A DNA stretch of 64,000 nucleotides from IMGVR_UViG_3300018004_000004:124001-188000, one strand, 5' to 3'. Shown: positions 47,425 through 55,741, counted from the stretch's first letter. The notes: generated from the sequence alone by a model not told the origin. Made by a program: numbers and translations.

Positions 47425-47634
47425 ATGAAGTCTTTGCTTACTTTCATCCTGGCATTCATCGCAACAGTTCTGTCTTGCATGCTTGCCATTCGACTGTGCC
47501 AACTGCAGGATGCTTTCTTGCCTGCTTTCCGCGTGCGCCGGCAGATTCATGGAATGAGAGCCGGTCGACTCGCAGCTGACACAGAAGCAAAGCTACGCGC
47601 TATATTCATCAACAAGCCCAAGCGCGTGGCGTAG
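47425..47634 (+). CDS. Small membrane-anchored protein
   Basis: RBS AAGGAG; N-terminal TM. Confidence 0.55.
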   Translation: MKSLLTFILAFIATVLSCMLAIRLCQLQDAFLPAFRVRRQIHGMRAGRLAADTEAKLRAIFINKPKRVA

Positions 47635-47660
47635 TACAAATCTGCATTCGAAAGGACAAC

Positions 47661-47891
47661 ATGAGTACCATCAATCGCATCGTGCTCGGAGTAGCTGGCC
47701 TGATCTGCCTGATCATGGGTGTCTACTCCTGTGTCGCGATCACGAAGGGAGACAATCAGTGGCTCAAACATTCACTCCAACAGCTGCATCCGCTGCAGCT
47801 GCTGGGTTCGGTTTTTGGGCGTTGGTCTGGGGCATTGCGCTCAAGCTGGACACGATCGCAGGCCTCTTCGGCTTCAGGGACCGTGGTCTAA
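47661..47891 (+). CDS. Small membrane-anchored protein
   Basis: RBS AAGGA; N-terminal TM; overlaps the next gene. Confidence 0.45.
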   Translation: MSTINRIVLGVAGLICLIMGVYSCVAITKGDNQWLKHSLQQLHPLQLLGSVFGRWSGALRSSWTRSQASSASGTVV

Positions 47892-48112
47892 GCCGGCGCA
47901 TTCGCCTCTGGATCAACGAGAACAAGGGATTGAGCCTGTGCATTACTGAGGTCACCAACTTCAGTATCCATGGGATTACCAATCCCGATGCCGTCACATT
48001 TGCCATTGGCGGCACTCTATTCAACTTCTTGTTCGTGTTCGTATTCAATCCAATCATGCTCATGATTGAGGGCAAGAAACGACCGATCAAGAATAACAGG
48101 GTGGCTGCGTAG
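47759..48112 (+). CDS. Multi-pass membrane protein
   Basis: GTG start after GGGAGA; 2-3 TM helices. Confidence 0.55.
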   Translation: MAQTFTPTAASAAAAGFGFWALVWGIALKLDTIAGLFGFRDRGLSRRIRLWINENKGLSLCITEVTNFSIHGITNPDAVTFAIGGTLFNFLFVFVFNPIMLMIEGKKRPIKNNRVAA

Positions 48113-48146
48113 TACATGTCAGCCACCCTTTCCCAAGGTGACTGAC

Positions 48147-48575
48147 ATGAATATGACTGAAGCCATCATCATGTTTGCCATTCAGCACAGAGCCTATGCT
48201 ACACCAAAGGGCTCGTACAACATGTGCTGTACGTCTGTACAAGAGTTCACTGACTTCCTGTCATACCATGGCGTGAAAGGCGTGGCCTTGGAGTACTCAT
48301 TCGATGTGATGAGCAGAAACAAGGATGAGTATATCAATCCAAATCCACGCGCGTACAGATGGAACAAGAAGAAAGCCGAATACCACATGATTGTGGATCT
48401 CGGCTTCTGTTATTTGGATTGGACCGCCAGGCAGTATTGTGCCATCCTGCCATTTCCCTACATCATTCCGAAAAGAAAGGAGGATGCTAATGAAGTGGAG
48501 CGTTTATTGGACAGCACTTGTAGGCGCGCTATTCGGCGCGCTCTATTTGAAGAACAACCACAATCACAAGGATAA
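48147..48575 (+). CDS. Putative Cys-His-Asp (papain/transglutaminase-like) enzyme
   Basis: NMCC...EF..FL...G; YHMIV; YLDWTARQY...PFP. Confidence 0.45.
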   Translation: MNMTEAIIMFAIQHRAYATPKGSYNMCCTSVQEFTDFLSYHGVKGVALEYSFDVMSRNKDEYINPNPRAYRWNKKKAEYHMIVDLGFCYLDWTARQYCAILPFPYIIPKRKEDANEVERLLDSTCRRAIRRALFEEQPQSQG

Positions 48576-48876
48576 GACTGTTCAATGGAATCTGGGCAAG
48601 TCCATCATTGAATGCGTCCTGCTTGTGTTGGCTGTGGCATTCATGCCAGCAGTCATCGCTATCTATGGATCCATGTGGATCACCAAGGGCATTAAACGCC
48701 CTGGTTTCAAGATCTTAGTGGGATTCAGCGTTGGCACAGCCCTGATGATTATCATGGGCTGGGCGCTGGAAGTCCTGGTGCTGATAGGTGTATTCGGCAT
48801 CGACATTCTGTCCGATGATTTCCTCGGCTTCATGGCCGAGCGGAAACAGCAAAAGAGAGGAGTCGTAGCAGCATGA
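48490..48876 (+). CDS. Four-helix membrane protein
   Basis: RBS AAGGAGG; four hydrophobic segments. Confidence 0.6.
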   Translation: MKWSVYWTALVGALFGALYLKNNHNHKDKTVQWNLGKSIIECVLLVLAVAFMPAVIAIYGSMWITKGIKRPGFKILVGFSVGTALMIIMGWALEVLVLIGVFGIDILSDDFLGFMAERKQQKRGVVAA

Positions 48877-49124
48877 AGAACTGGCTCAAAGAGAACTGGA
48901 CTTATGTTGCATTGGGCACATTCGCGGCGCTAGTTGTTGGCGCCATTGTCGTGGCCAAGGTGACTCACGTTCCGCTGAATGATGCTGACATGGAAGCACT
49001 GAAGAACTTCCAGTCTTCATTGGCTGAGAACACAGCCAAGCATGGCTTCAACAATAGCATGGCTATTGTGGAGCAGGGCAAGCATCAGGTCCTGGTAACC
49101 GCGGACAAGATCAAAGAACTGTGA
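48873..49124 (+). CDS. Membrane-anchored protein
   Basis: N-terminal TM; ATGA overlap. Confidence 0.55.
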   Translation: MKNWLKENWTYVALGTFAALVVGAIVVAKVTHVPLNDADMEALKNFQSSLAENTAKHGFNNSMAIVEQGKHQVLVTADKIKEL

Positions 49125-49261
49125 CACTCGAACAGTTCGAGGGGATCCTTGCTTTGTTCTTTGTCCTGTATTTGCTCTTGCGCGCCAGGCGCAAAGAGTT
49201 AGGACTCAAGGATCACCTAGATCCAATGCCATGGATTAGGAAGCACATCTTCCCGGAGTGA
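49121..49261 (+). CDS. Small membrane peptide (46 aa)
   Basis: GTGA overlap; MTLEQFEGILALFFVLYLLLRARRK... Confidence 0.45.
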   Translation: MTLEQFEGILALFFVLYLLLRARRKELGLKDHLDPMPWIRKHIFPE

Positions 49262-49275
49262 GAAAGGAGGTCATC

Positions 49276-50889
49276 ATGGACAAGAAGGAAATGGCTGATG
49301 AACTGATCTATGCTATATTCCAAACCCTAAAGAATCATGCGATTAACTTCTTGCTTGATGGCCTTGTTCTCAAACCGTTATCCAAATCGATTGCTGCTAA
49401 GATGCAGCCCAGCCCGTATAAGGGAGCGAGCGCATTGTTATCTGCTCGCATGATGTCCAAGAAGACTGTTGATGGTGCCATCCTTGAGGGCCCAACAGAG
49501 GCAGGCTATGCCAAGTATGCTATTCGCAAGGGCATGCCAGGCCCAGGACAGAAGAGATTGGCAATCGAGAATGAACCGCACACCGTTGATGATTTTGATG
49601 GTGTGATTGAGGAAGGCTATGGCAAAGGCAAGAAAGAACTCATCTACACAGGCCAAGCCGCCATCAAAGTTGGAGAAGAAAGATTCCTCGGCAAAGTCAA
49701 CATTCATAAGCACACTGCTGACAAAGCCGGGCTCCACTGGGATTTTGTTGCGGAAGGCGTTAAGCCTGGGACACAGCAGTTCGAAGTTAACATCCCTACT
49801 GGCCGATGCAAAGGACGCTATGCCTTTGTTACCACGGCCAAAGGCATGCTCATTACCCGCCTCAAGGACAGGAGCGTCCTCATCGAGAAGCCGACATTCC
49901 ATCTCAAAGGCGAAGACCTTCTGAGAGAGCTCGACAAGAATCCCAGTGGCACAATAGCAGAGTGGAAACCAGATGGTTCACTCGCGAATGTGGCCATTAG
50001 TGGGCAACGGGCTATCTTTAGAAGTCATCGGGATACAGGCGAACCTTACTACGATAAACTGCCAGGACTAGAAGATCTGAGCAACCGTAGTGGATTCCTA
50101 TCCAATCGCCTGTTCTTCCCGGGACCCAACCTGGATGGAACGGTGTTACGAGGGGAACTGTTCCATCCAGAAGGGGCTGCTCGAGTTGGTGGTATTCTGA
50201 ATAGCATGCCGGACAAGGCTATTCAGTTCCAGACAGAGCATGGCCCAGTGACATTCATTGTATGGGACGAGCTGAAGCACAATGGCAGAGATATATCCAA
50301 GCTGCCTTACGCAGAGAGGAGAGCGATCTATGTCGCGGACGTCAATAGCATTCGACACTTCAACGGGCTTTGGTCGTACGTGCCAGCTCGTACCCGAGCT
50401 TTCCTTTCGTTTTACAGGGATATCGTCAACGATCCTCGTGGCCTGCCCTACGCCGAAGGTATTGTCCTCAAGGATGGAAGTAGCCCAGCTGGTGAACCAT
50501 GGCGCAAGGTCAAGTTCCGCGACACCGTGGATGTCAAGATTGTTGATGTTCTTGAGGGAACTGGTAAGTACGAAGGATCGGCCGGCAAGCTTCTGGTTCA
50601 GACAGCAGGAGGAGGACGCGGAGAAGTTGGTTCTTTCGCCATGCCTGATTGGCAGCGAAAGCAGATCCTGATTGATAAGGATCTGGTCAAGGGGCAGGTG
50701 ATTGAGATCTATGCCCAAGAGATAACCAAGGCTGGTGCTCCGCGCGCTGGTGTCATGCTGCGATTCCATCCAAGCAAGAGCGAGTATGCATTCGATCTCG
50801 AATCGAAAGCTATTGCTGATGTGGATGGCAGGACACCAAATGAAGTGAAGTATGCAATGAAGACAGCCGCAGGCTGGAGGAAGAAATGA
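49276..50889 (+). CDS. lig: ATP-dependent DNA ligase with N-terminal rearranged LigD-type phosphoesterase domain
   Basis: Motif I EWKPDG, III LRGELF, IIIa FIVWD, IV EGIVLK, V WRKVK, then OB domain; upstream PE motifs KRLAIENEPH...FDG.I..GYG.G and KH...GLHWDF. Confidence 0.85.
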   Translation: MDKKEMADELIYAIFQTLKNHAINFLLDGLVLKPLSKSIAAKMQPSPYKGASALLSARMMSKKTVDGAILEGPTEAGYAKYAIRKGMPGPGQKRLAIENEPHTVDDFDGVIEEGYGKGKKELIYTGQAAIKVGEERFLGKVNIHKHTADKAGLHWDFVAEGVKPGTQQFEVNIPTGRCKGRYAFVTTAKGMLITRLKDRSVLIEKPTFHLKGEDLLRELDKNPSGTIAEWKPDGSLANVAISGQRAIFRSHRDTGEPYYDKLPGLEDLSNRSGFLSNRLFFPGPNLDGTVLRGELFHPEGAARVGGILNSMPDKAIQFQTEHGPVTFIVWDELKHNGRDISKLPYAERRAIYVADVNSIRHFNGLWSYVPARTRAFLSFYRDIVNDPRGLPYAEGIVLKDGSSPAGEPWRKVKFRDTVDVKIVDVLEGTGKYEGSAGKLLVQTAGGGRGEVGSFAMPDWQRKQILIDKDLVKGQVIEIYAQEITKAGAPRAGVMLRFHPSKSEYAFDLESKAIADVDGRTPNEVKYAMKTAAGWRKK

Positions 50890-51047
50890 AGGCCTTTCTA
50901 GTTACCATACTTGGCGATGGCCCAAAGCAGAAGAAAGAGCTCCTCATTGGCACGGAGCCAACGTCATCCGCAGCGAGAGAGAGGGCTCTTCGCATGTTTG
51001 GTGAACCGTGGATTCCCACGCGTGTTGTCGTTGAGGACATACGCTGA
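50886..51047 (+). CDS. Small hypothetical protein (53 aa)
   Basis: ATGA overlap with ligase; hand translation MKAFLVTILGDG... Confidence 0.45.
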   Translation: MKAFLVTILGDGPKQKKELLIGTEPTSSAARERALRMFGEPWIPTRVVVEDIR

Positions 51048-51070
51048 TTTGGCGGTGGTGCATCGTTTCC

Positions 51071-51112
51071 AGAAGGGTGTGTCTACCTCAACTGGGACTC
51101 ACCCTTTTGGTT
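51071..51112 (+). other. Intergenic hairpin
   Basis: CCAGAAGGGTG/CACCCTTTTGG just before an RBS. Confidence 0.45.
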
Positions 51113-51127
51113 TAAAGGAGGTGCATA

Positions 51128-51250
51128 ATGCACACAGCAGCTGAGATGATGGCGCAGTTAGCAATCCTCTGCTTTATTTGGGCTGGTGCGGAATGGCGCC
51201 TGGAATACTGGCGCCCAAAGAAGGAAGTATGGACACATATCAAGTATTGA
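51128..51250 (+). CDS. Small membrane peptide (40 aa)
   Basis: RBS AAGGAGG; AQLAILCFIWAGAEW. Confidence 0.45.
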   Translation: MHTAAEMMAQLAILCFIWAGAEWRLEYWRPKKEVWTHIKY

Positions 51251-51612
51251 GTCCATACGCAATGCTGTCCAACTGGATGCGTATAATGGATGCGCATCCT
51301 TCAGTTGAGGACTTCAAGGACTTCGAAGAGGAGTTCAAGAAGAGGTTCGTTGAGAAAGGAGCATCAGATGTCCTGGCTATCACTAGCGAAGAAGGAACCA
51401 GTGAGCGAATCGAGCAACCAAGCACTACCAGCACCGGCTGGGTCGACGGAGACCAAGATCTCTTCGGAGATTACATATGCAGAACCCCTGCAGATCTTGG
51501 TTGTCATCAGCACACTGTCGAAGACCGGTTTGGTAGTGCTCACCGAAGCGAAAGATTTGGTGGGCGCGCAGAGGGTAACGCGGCGCTTCAGCGACTGTCC
51601 CGCGCTGTATAA
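51229..51612 (+). CDS. Hypothetical protein (long overlap with next gene)
   Basis: AAGGAAG RBS; N-terminal half protein-like; 3' half overlaps 51368..51913. Confidence 0.35.
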   Translation: MDTYQVLSPYAMLSNWMRIMDAHPSVEDFKDFEEEFKKRFVEKGASDVLAITSEEGTSERIEQPSTTSTGWVDGDQDLFGDYICRTPADLGCHQHTVEDRFGSAHRSERFGGRAEGNAALQRLSRAV

Positions 51613-51913
51613 GCCCATTGCCGGCTGGCCCAAGGACACAGCATGGATCACTCATAATCAGAAGATTATGACTGTGATTGATGTGCGTCCGTTCGGCAAA
51701 CGGAGTTATGTGAAGTATCCGTTCACGCCGGAGGAAGTTGTGGCCATGACCAAGAAGCCTCAACAGAAGCTGATTGAGCTGGTTGAGGGTGGACCATCTG
51801 CGAACAGCGAGGCAGTCGCCAAGCTGTTGGCTCAATGGCAAGAGGAGGATAAAGAACTGGCTCAAGCCAATCGCCGACCGCACAGGCCGGAGTTGCAGAC
51901 TACGTCCGCATAA
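51368..51913 (+). CDS. Hypothetical protein
   Basis: RBS AAGGAG; 181 aa. Confidence 0.6.
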   Translation: MSWLSLAKKEPVSESSNQALPAPAGSTETKISSEITYAEPLQILVVISTLSKTGLVVLTEAKDLVGAQRVTRRFSDCPALYKPIAGWPKDTAWITHNQKIMTVIDVRPFGKRSYVKYPFTPEEVVAMTKKPQQKLIELVEGGPSANSEAVAKLLAQWQEEDKELAQANRRPHRPELQTTSA

Positions 51914-51991
51914 CGAGATTACCAGCAGAAGATCGCTGGTAGTGTAGTACAAATCAAGCACCCTAACAGGGTGAGAAAAAGGAGTACATCC

Positions 51992-52321
51992 ATGGCGTAT
52001 TTGAATCGTTTGCTGCCTCGTATGACTCGCGCCCAGGCCAACCTGGTTGCGCCGGTCACCGAGCAATATGCTCGCGCGCACGTTGTCCGCGTGCTCGGCG
52101 AGGGTCTCACGAAGGACAAGGACGGGCTGTCTTGCATTACCGTCCGCGTTCTGACGAGCGAAAAGCCTGGGCAACCGTTGCAGTTGGTGGCCAAGGATAT
52201 TCTGGCACAGCAGTTGGCGCAGTTCGCGAAGGACGGACAGTCCTTCTCGTTCACGGCTAATGTGTCGGGTCGTATCCAGCCGTATCTGTTCTGCACCGGT
52301 CTGGACGCGCTCGAGCAGTAA
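51992..52321 (+). CDS. Small beta-rich protein, possibly OB-fold
   Basis: RBS AAGGAG; strong codon bias; ITVRVLT...LQLVAK..LAQQ...DGQSFSFTANV. Confidence 0.5.
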   Translation: MAYLNRLLPRMTRAQANLVAPVTEQYARAHVVRVLGEGLTKDKDGLSCITVRVLTSEKPGQPLQLVAKDILAQQLAQFAKDGQSFSFTANVSGRIQPYLFCTGLDALEQ

Positions 52322-52344
52322 AGGGCGCCGATCAGCAGTAAAGG

Positions 52345-52420
52345 TAGAGGTGCCGGACAGTGCCGAGGCAACTCGACGTTATGTCTGGTTAAACGGCTCT
52401 AGCTCGGGCAACGGCCTCTA
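52345..52420 (+). ncRNA. Candidate three-way-junction RNA element
   Basis: TAGAGGT/GCCTCTA; CCGGACA/TGTCTGG; CGAG-GCAA-CTCG GNRA hairpin; GCTC/GGGC. Confidence 0.35.
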
Positions 52421-52464
52421 TTCTCCTCTAATCAACAACAACACCTCTGGAAGGAGTGTGCTGC

Positions 52465-52851
52465 ATGAATGAATACAGGGATGGTTTCCGAGAAGTGCAA
52501 CGGGATGTAGTGTGGACATTGCCACGGATTTTCCTTGTGGCTTTGATCGCACTAGTCGTGATCTATGGTCTCGGATTCCTGGCGACAGGTGGCGATCTTG
52601 CCATCTATCGTTTCTGGGCCCCCAAACAGGCGAATGCTCAGCGTGTGGTATTCGAGAACACACAGAGCTACGTCCAAGGGAAAGTGGAGTATCTCACGCG
52701 TCTTCGCTTTCAGTACCAACAGGCACTGATCGATAAAGAAGACACCCGCGCCGCCGGGCTTCGTACGTTGATTCTGGACGAAGCATCCACGGTTGACAAT
52801 GACAAACTTCCGCCTGATCTTCGGGCGTTCATCTCACGACTGAAGGAGTGA
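52465..52851 (+). CDS. Conserved phage membrane-anchored protein (partner of downstream lipoprotein-like gene)
   Basis: N-terminal TM; RVVFENTQSYVQGK...LP.DL..F. Confidence 0.65.
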   Translation: MNEYRDGFREVQRDVVWTLPRIFLVALIALVVIYGLGFLATGGDLAIYRFWAPKQANAQRVVFENTQSYVQGKVEYLTRLRFQYQQALIDKEDTRAAGLRTLILDEASTVDNDKLPPDLRAFISRLKE

Positions 52852-52854
52852 GCC

Positions 52855-53409
52855 TTGAATCTATTCTTCAAGTTCTTCGGTGTGCTTCTGCTGGGCTTCT
52901 TCTTGCAGCAGTCTGACGGCTGCGAGGACAACCAAGCTACCAAGACAGAGAACAAGGTAGCCGAACAGCAAGCGCAATCTCTGGAACAAGCTATTCAGCA
53001 GGTTGGAATGCCTGGCATTACCAACTTTACTGAGAAGAAGCTTGTTCGAAAGCTGTACGAACTGCGTGACCAGAATGGCCTCGCAACATACACATACGTC
53101 CCAGACATGAATGGGCGTATGTGGCATCTGTGCGATTCCATTGGTTACGGCTTGCCTTACGGCGTCCAGTTCACGAATCCCGAGCGCCGCGCACCAAACG
53201 CAAGCTATACGCAGTACGGCTACAACATACCCCAGGCAGAGCCAAATGGGCTCTTCATGCCACCGACGGCTGAAGGCACATGGGTTATCTGCATGGATCC
53301 GGCCAAGAAAGGCGAAATCGCACCGGTGTACGTCGAGCCGCGCGTGATCGTCAGTCCGTTCAAGCTTGCAGCTGCCGGCGAATACATGCCAGCGGCCGCA
53401 GCAAAGTAG
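52855..53409 (+). CDS. Conserved exported/lipoprotein-like protein
   Basis: Signal region ending SDGC; GMP.I.NF.EK...YELRDQ...CDSIGYG.PY...PQAEPNGLF...EGTWV.C...YVEPRVIVSPFKL. Confidence 0.65.
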   Translation: MNLFFKFFGVLLLGFFLQQSDGCEDNQATKTENKVAEQQAQSLEQAIQQVGMPGITNFTEKKLVRKLYELRDQNGLATYTYVPDMNGRMWHLCDSIGYGLPYGVQFTNPERRAPNASYTQYGYNIPQAEPNGLFMPPTAEGTWVICMDPAKKGEIAPVYVEPRVIVSPFKLAAAGEYMPAAAAK

Positions 53410-53432
53410 TACAACGATCGAACAACAAGCGA

Positions 53433-53458
53433 GAGGGAGGGTAGAACCTCCCTCTTTA
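53433..53458 (+). terminator. Intrinsic terminator candidate
   Basis: GAGGGAGG-GTAGAA-CCTCCCTC followed by TTT. Confidence 0.55.
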
Positions 53459-53470
53459 GTTTGGAGGCCC

Positions 53471-53713
53471 ATGAGTAACGGATTACAGACCTTCGTGTTC
53501 AACTTCCATATCAGGCAGAACGGAGTTGTAAACACAAAGACGGAGGAGAAGGATTGCATTGACTGGACGGAGGCGCATTTGCATTTTCTTACGCGCTGCC
53601 GTGATCTTGGTATCCGCGGGGAAGGTCTGACTGCCTGTTCCTTCTGCAGGAAGGACAGCCCCGAAGGAGCATGTTGCTTCGGCGGTATGACTATGAAGGA
53701 CACACTCCTATGA
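53471..53713 (+). CDS. Small Cys-rich protein
   Basis: RBS GGAGG; CSFC...CCF. Confidence 0.5.
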   Translation: MSNGLQTFVFNFHIRQNGVVNTKTEEKDCIDWTEAHLHFLTRCRDLGIRGEGLTACSFCRKDSPEGACCFGGMTMKDTLL

Positions 53714-53871
53714 AGATGTTCTGGTGGGTGATCATCTTCACTGAAGATAGGCACGGCCTGATTTGGTTCACCCACGCTGATCTTGAGCTGCACCTGTTCT
53801 GTGGTAAGTGCGGCTTCTGTAATCGACATGGCTGGAGAGCAGACATGTTCGAAACCTTTTGGATGTGGTAA
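53710..53871 (+). CDS. Small hypothetical protein
   Basis: ATGA overlap; CGKCGFC. Confidence 0.4.
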   Translation: MKMFWWVIIFTEDRHGLIWFTHADLELHLFCGKCGFCNRHGWRADMFETFWMW

Positions 53872-54056
53872 GGAGGACGATGATCCAAACGCTTAAGAAG
53901 TACTGGAGATGGTACCTAGTATCAGGACTGTCATTCGTAGCAGGGCTGTTCGTTGGGATAACCCTTGCCGTGTATGTCCTGATCAACGCTTTCCACTGAG
54001 TTTCTAGGCTGAATAAGCCTGGAATGTAGTCAAATCCCCAACTGAAAAGGCAACTA

Positions 54057-55295
54057 ATGAGAAAAGCAGTTCTCCTGATTGCTGCCTTGATGTTTGTTGT
54101 TGCACCCGCCGTGTCAGCATGCGACACGGCGTGTAAGACTGGGTATCACTGGGTTTGGACCAACCAGGCTAAGGACCAAGGTTCTTGCCAGCCGGATCCG
54201 ACTCCCACGCCGACACCCAGCACCAACACAAACACGAACAGCAACAGCAATAGCAACGCGAACAGCAACTCGAATACCAACAAGCAGTCGCAAGGCCAAG
54301 GCCAGGGCCAGACGCAGGGACAAGGCCAAGGACAGCAACAGACTGCTACTGGTGGCGCCGGTGGTCAAGGCGGCCAGGGAGGAGCAGGTGGTAATGGATA
54401 CGGTGGGTCAGTTTCTGGTTCTGGGAACTCTCACAATACTAATACCAACACTGCTACCACTGGCCCTTCAACGGCTACTGCTACTAGTGGTGATTCGAAT
54501 GCTACTTCCACGTCCGCGGCCAGTAACAATGGCAACGGATCCAACAATGCAAGTTACTCCAGTACGGAGAACGTGCAGGCTTCGAAGATCCCGGTGGCCA
54601 CAGCTTATGCTGGCACTCCGGCTCCGACTGCCCTTTGTGCCTTAGGCTATGGTGGTGGTGTTCAAACCATGGGCTTTGGCATCAGCGGCGGTGGCGCCAG
54701 GATTGATCAGAACTGTGCCATCCTCGAGGCAGCAAGGCAGGGTGCAACGTACGCTGGCAAGTTGGCCTTTTGCAAGCTCTACGTATCAAACAAGAACGTT
54801 AAGAAAGCAGGGTATACTCTCTCTGATTGTCTGGGAGACACCCTCAACGTTCCGCCCCCAGCCCCAGAGCCGAAGGTCTCCGAGGTTGTCCCTCCAACTC
54901 CCACCACCCGAGTCTTGGTGCAGATCGATCCGAACCCTGCACCCAAGATCACTCCTCCTATGGTAACTGATCAGCCGAACATTCCGCCGGCTGTGGTCCA
55001 ACAGGATGAGTCGAAGACACTCGCGCGCGTAGGTACGTTCCATCTGACCACGCAGTATACAGATGGTGCGTGTCCTACGAAGTTCGTGTGTCTCTCCGCG
55101 GCCGCCAAGGCAGTGCTTGATCAAGCCATTGCCAAGGCCAAGGCCAATCCGACCATACAGGTCGTAGTGGAAGGGAACCTGCGCAATGCAGGCGCCAGCG
55201 CTAGATACATGGCGAAGTCAATCGATCGCAGCCGGATCCTAGTTCGATCCGATGACGATTCGACTGATAACGTCGACATCTACGTCTGGCAGTAG
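54057..55295 (+). CDS. Secreted low-complexity protein with Cys-stabilised middle domain and OmpA-like C-terminus
   Basis: Signal peptide; N/T/S and Q/G tracts; C...GGGVQT.GFGISGG...D.NC domain; AKAVLD.......P...V.VEG...SRI tail. Confidence 0.65.
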   Translation: MRKAVLLIAALMFVVAPAVSACDTACKTGYHWVWTNQAKDQGSCQPDPTPTPTPSTNTNTNSNSNSNANSNSNTNKQSQGQGQGQTQGQGQGQQQTATGGAGGQGGQGGAGGNGYGGSVSGSGNSHNTNTNTATTGPSTATATSGDSNATSTSAASNNGNGSNNASYSSTENVQASKIPVATAYAGTPAPTALCALGYGGGVQTMGFGISGGGARIDQNCAILEAARQGATYAGKLAFCKLYVSNKNVKKAGYTLSDCLGDTLNVPPPAPEPKVSEVVPPTPTTRVLVQIDPNPAPKITPPMVTDQPNIPPAVVQQDESKTLARVGTFHLTTQYTDGACPTKFVCLSAAAKAVLDQAIAKAKANPTIQVVVEGNLRNAGASARYMAKSIDRSRILVRSDDDSTDNVDIYVWQ

Positions 55296-55300
55296 CTTGT

Positions 55301-55374
55301 CTGGGCAGGAGTTTAACCGTTCTCCCTGCTCGGCAAAAATAGCTGGGGTAGATGCCGACTAGCTCTACCCCAGT
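55301..55374 (+). terminator. Two tandem hairpins after the 412-aa gene
   Basis: GGGCAGG/CCTGCTC, then AGCTGGGGTAGA/TCTACCCCAGTT. Confidence 0.45.
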
Positions 55375-55386
55375 TATACTAATCAG
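55375..55386 (+). promoter_or_regulatory. Conserved 12-mer TATACTAATCAG, copy 5 (plus strand)
   Basis: Exact match, 29 nt upstream of ATG 55416. Confidence 0.6.
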
Positions 55387-55415
55387 GGATAATCCCCTGA
55401 CAATATGGAGCTTAT

Positions 55416-55706
55416 ATGCCATGCGAACGCTGTGGCAATGCATCGCATTGCACCACAGAGCATGTGAAGGAAACAGCCGTGCACGTCGTATTACGAGACG
55501 GCACCCACGATTTTGACCCTGATAGCTTTGTCTCCAACGTCCATTCGTTAGATAATAAGACGTTGTATGACAACTGCATCGAAATGCAGAAGGCGTTTGC
55601 CAGGGTAGTTACGACATCATGGCCATCGGTCATGCGTTGCGCATGGATGGTCGGGGTTTATGAAAGGGAGGCCAAACACAGGCAGCAGAGATGGATCGTA
55701 AAGTAG
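55416..55706 (+). CDS. Hypothetical protein with N-terminal Cys/His cluster
   Basis: CERC..ASHC..EH; RBS GGAG. Confidence 0.55.
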   Translation: MPCERCGNASHCTTEHVKETAVHVVLRDGTHDFDPDSFVSNVHSLDNKTLYDNCIEMQKAFARVVTTSWPSVMRCAWMVGVYEREAKHRQQRWIVK

Positions 55707-55741
55707 CTGCCAGGATCACATCTAAACTTAAGGAGAACCGC

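Noticed and set aside
52344-52353. GTAGAGGTGC resembles the 5' end of a lysine riboswitch
   Set aside because: The element is only about 76 nt and lacks the remaining helices; kept only as an unassigned structure
47631-53414. Recurrent TAGTACAA(ATC) after several stop codons, and CAGGACTGTCAT at ~53922 and ~58507
   Set aside because: Counts are near chance expectation for these lengths and partly explained by TAG stops
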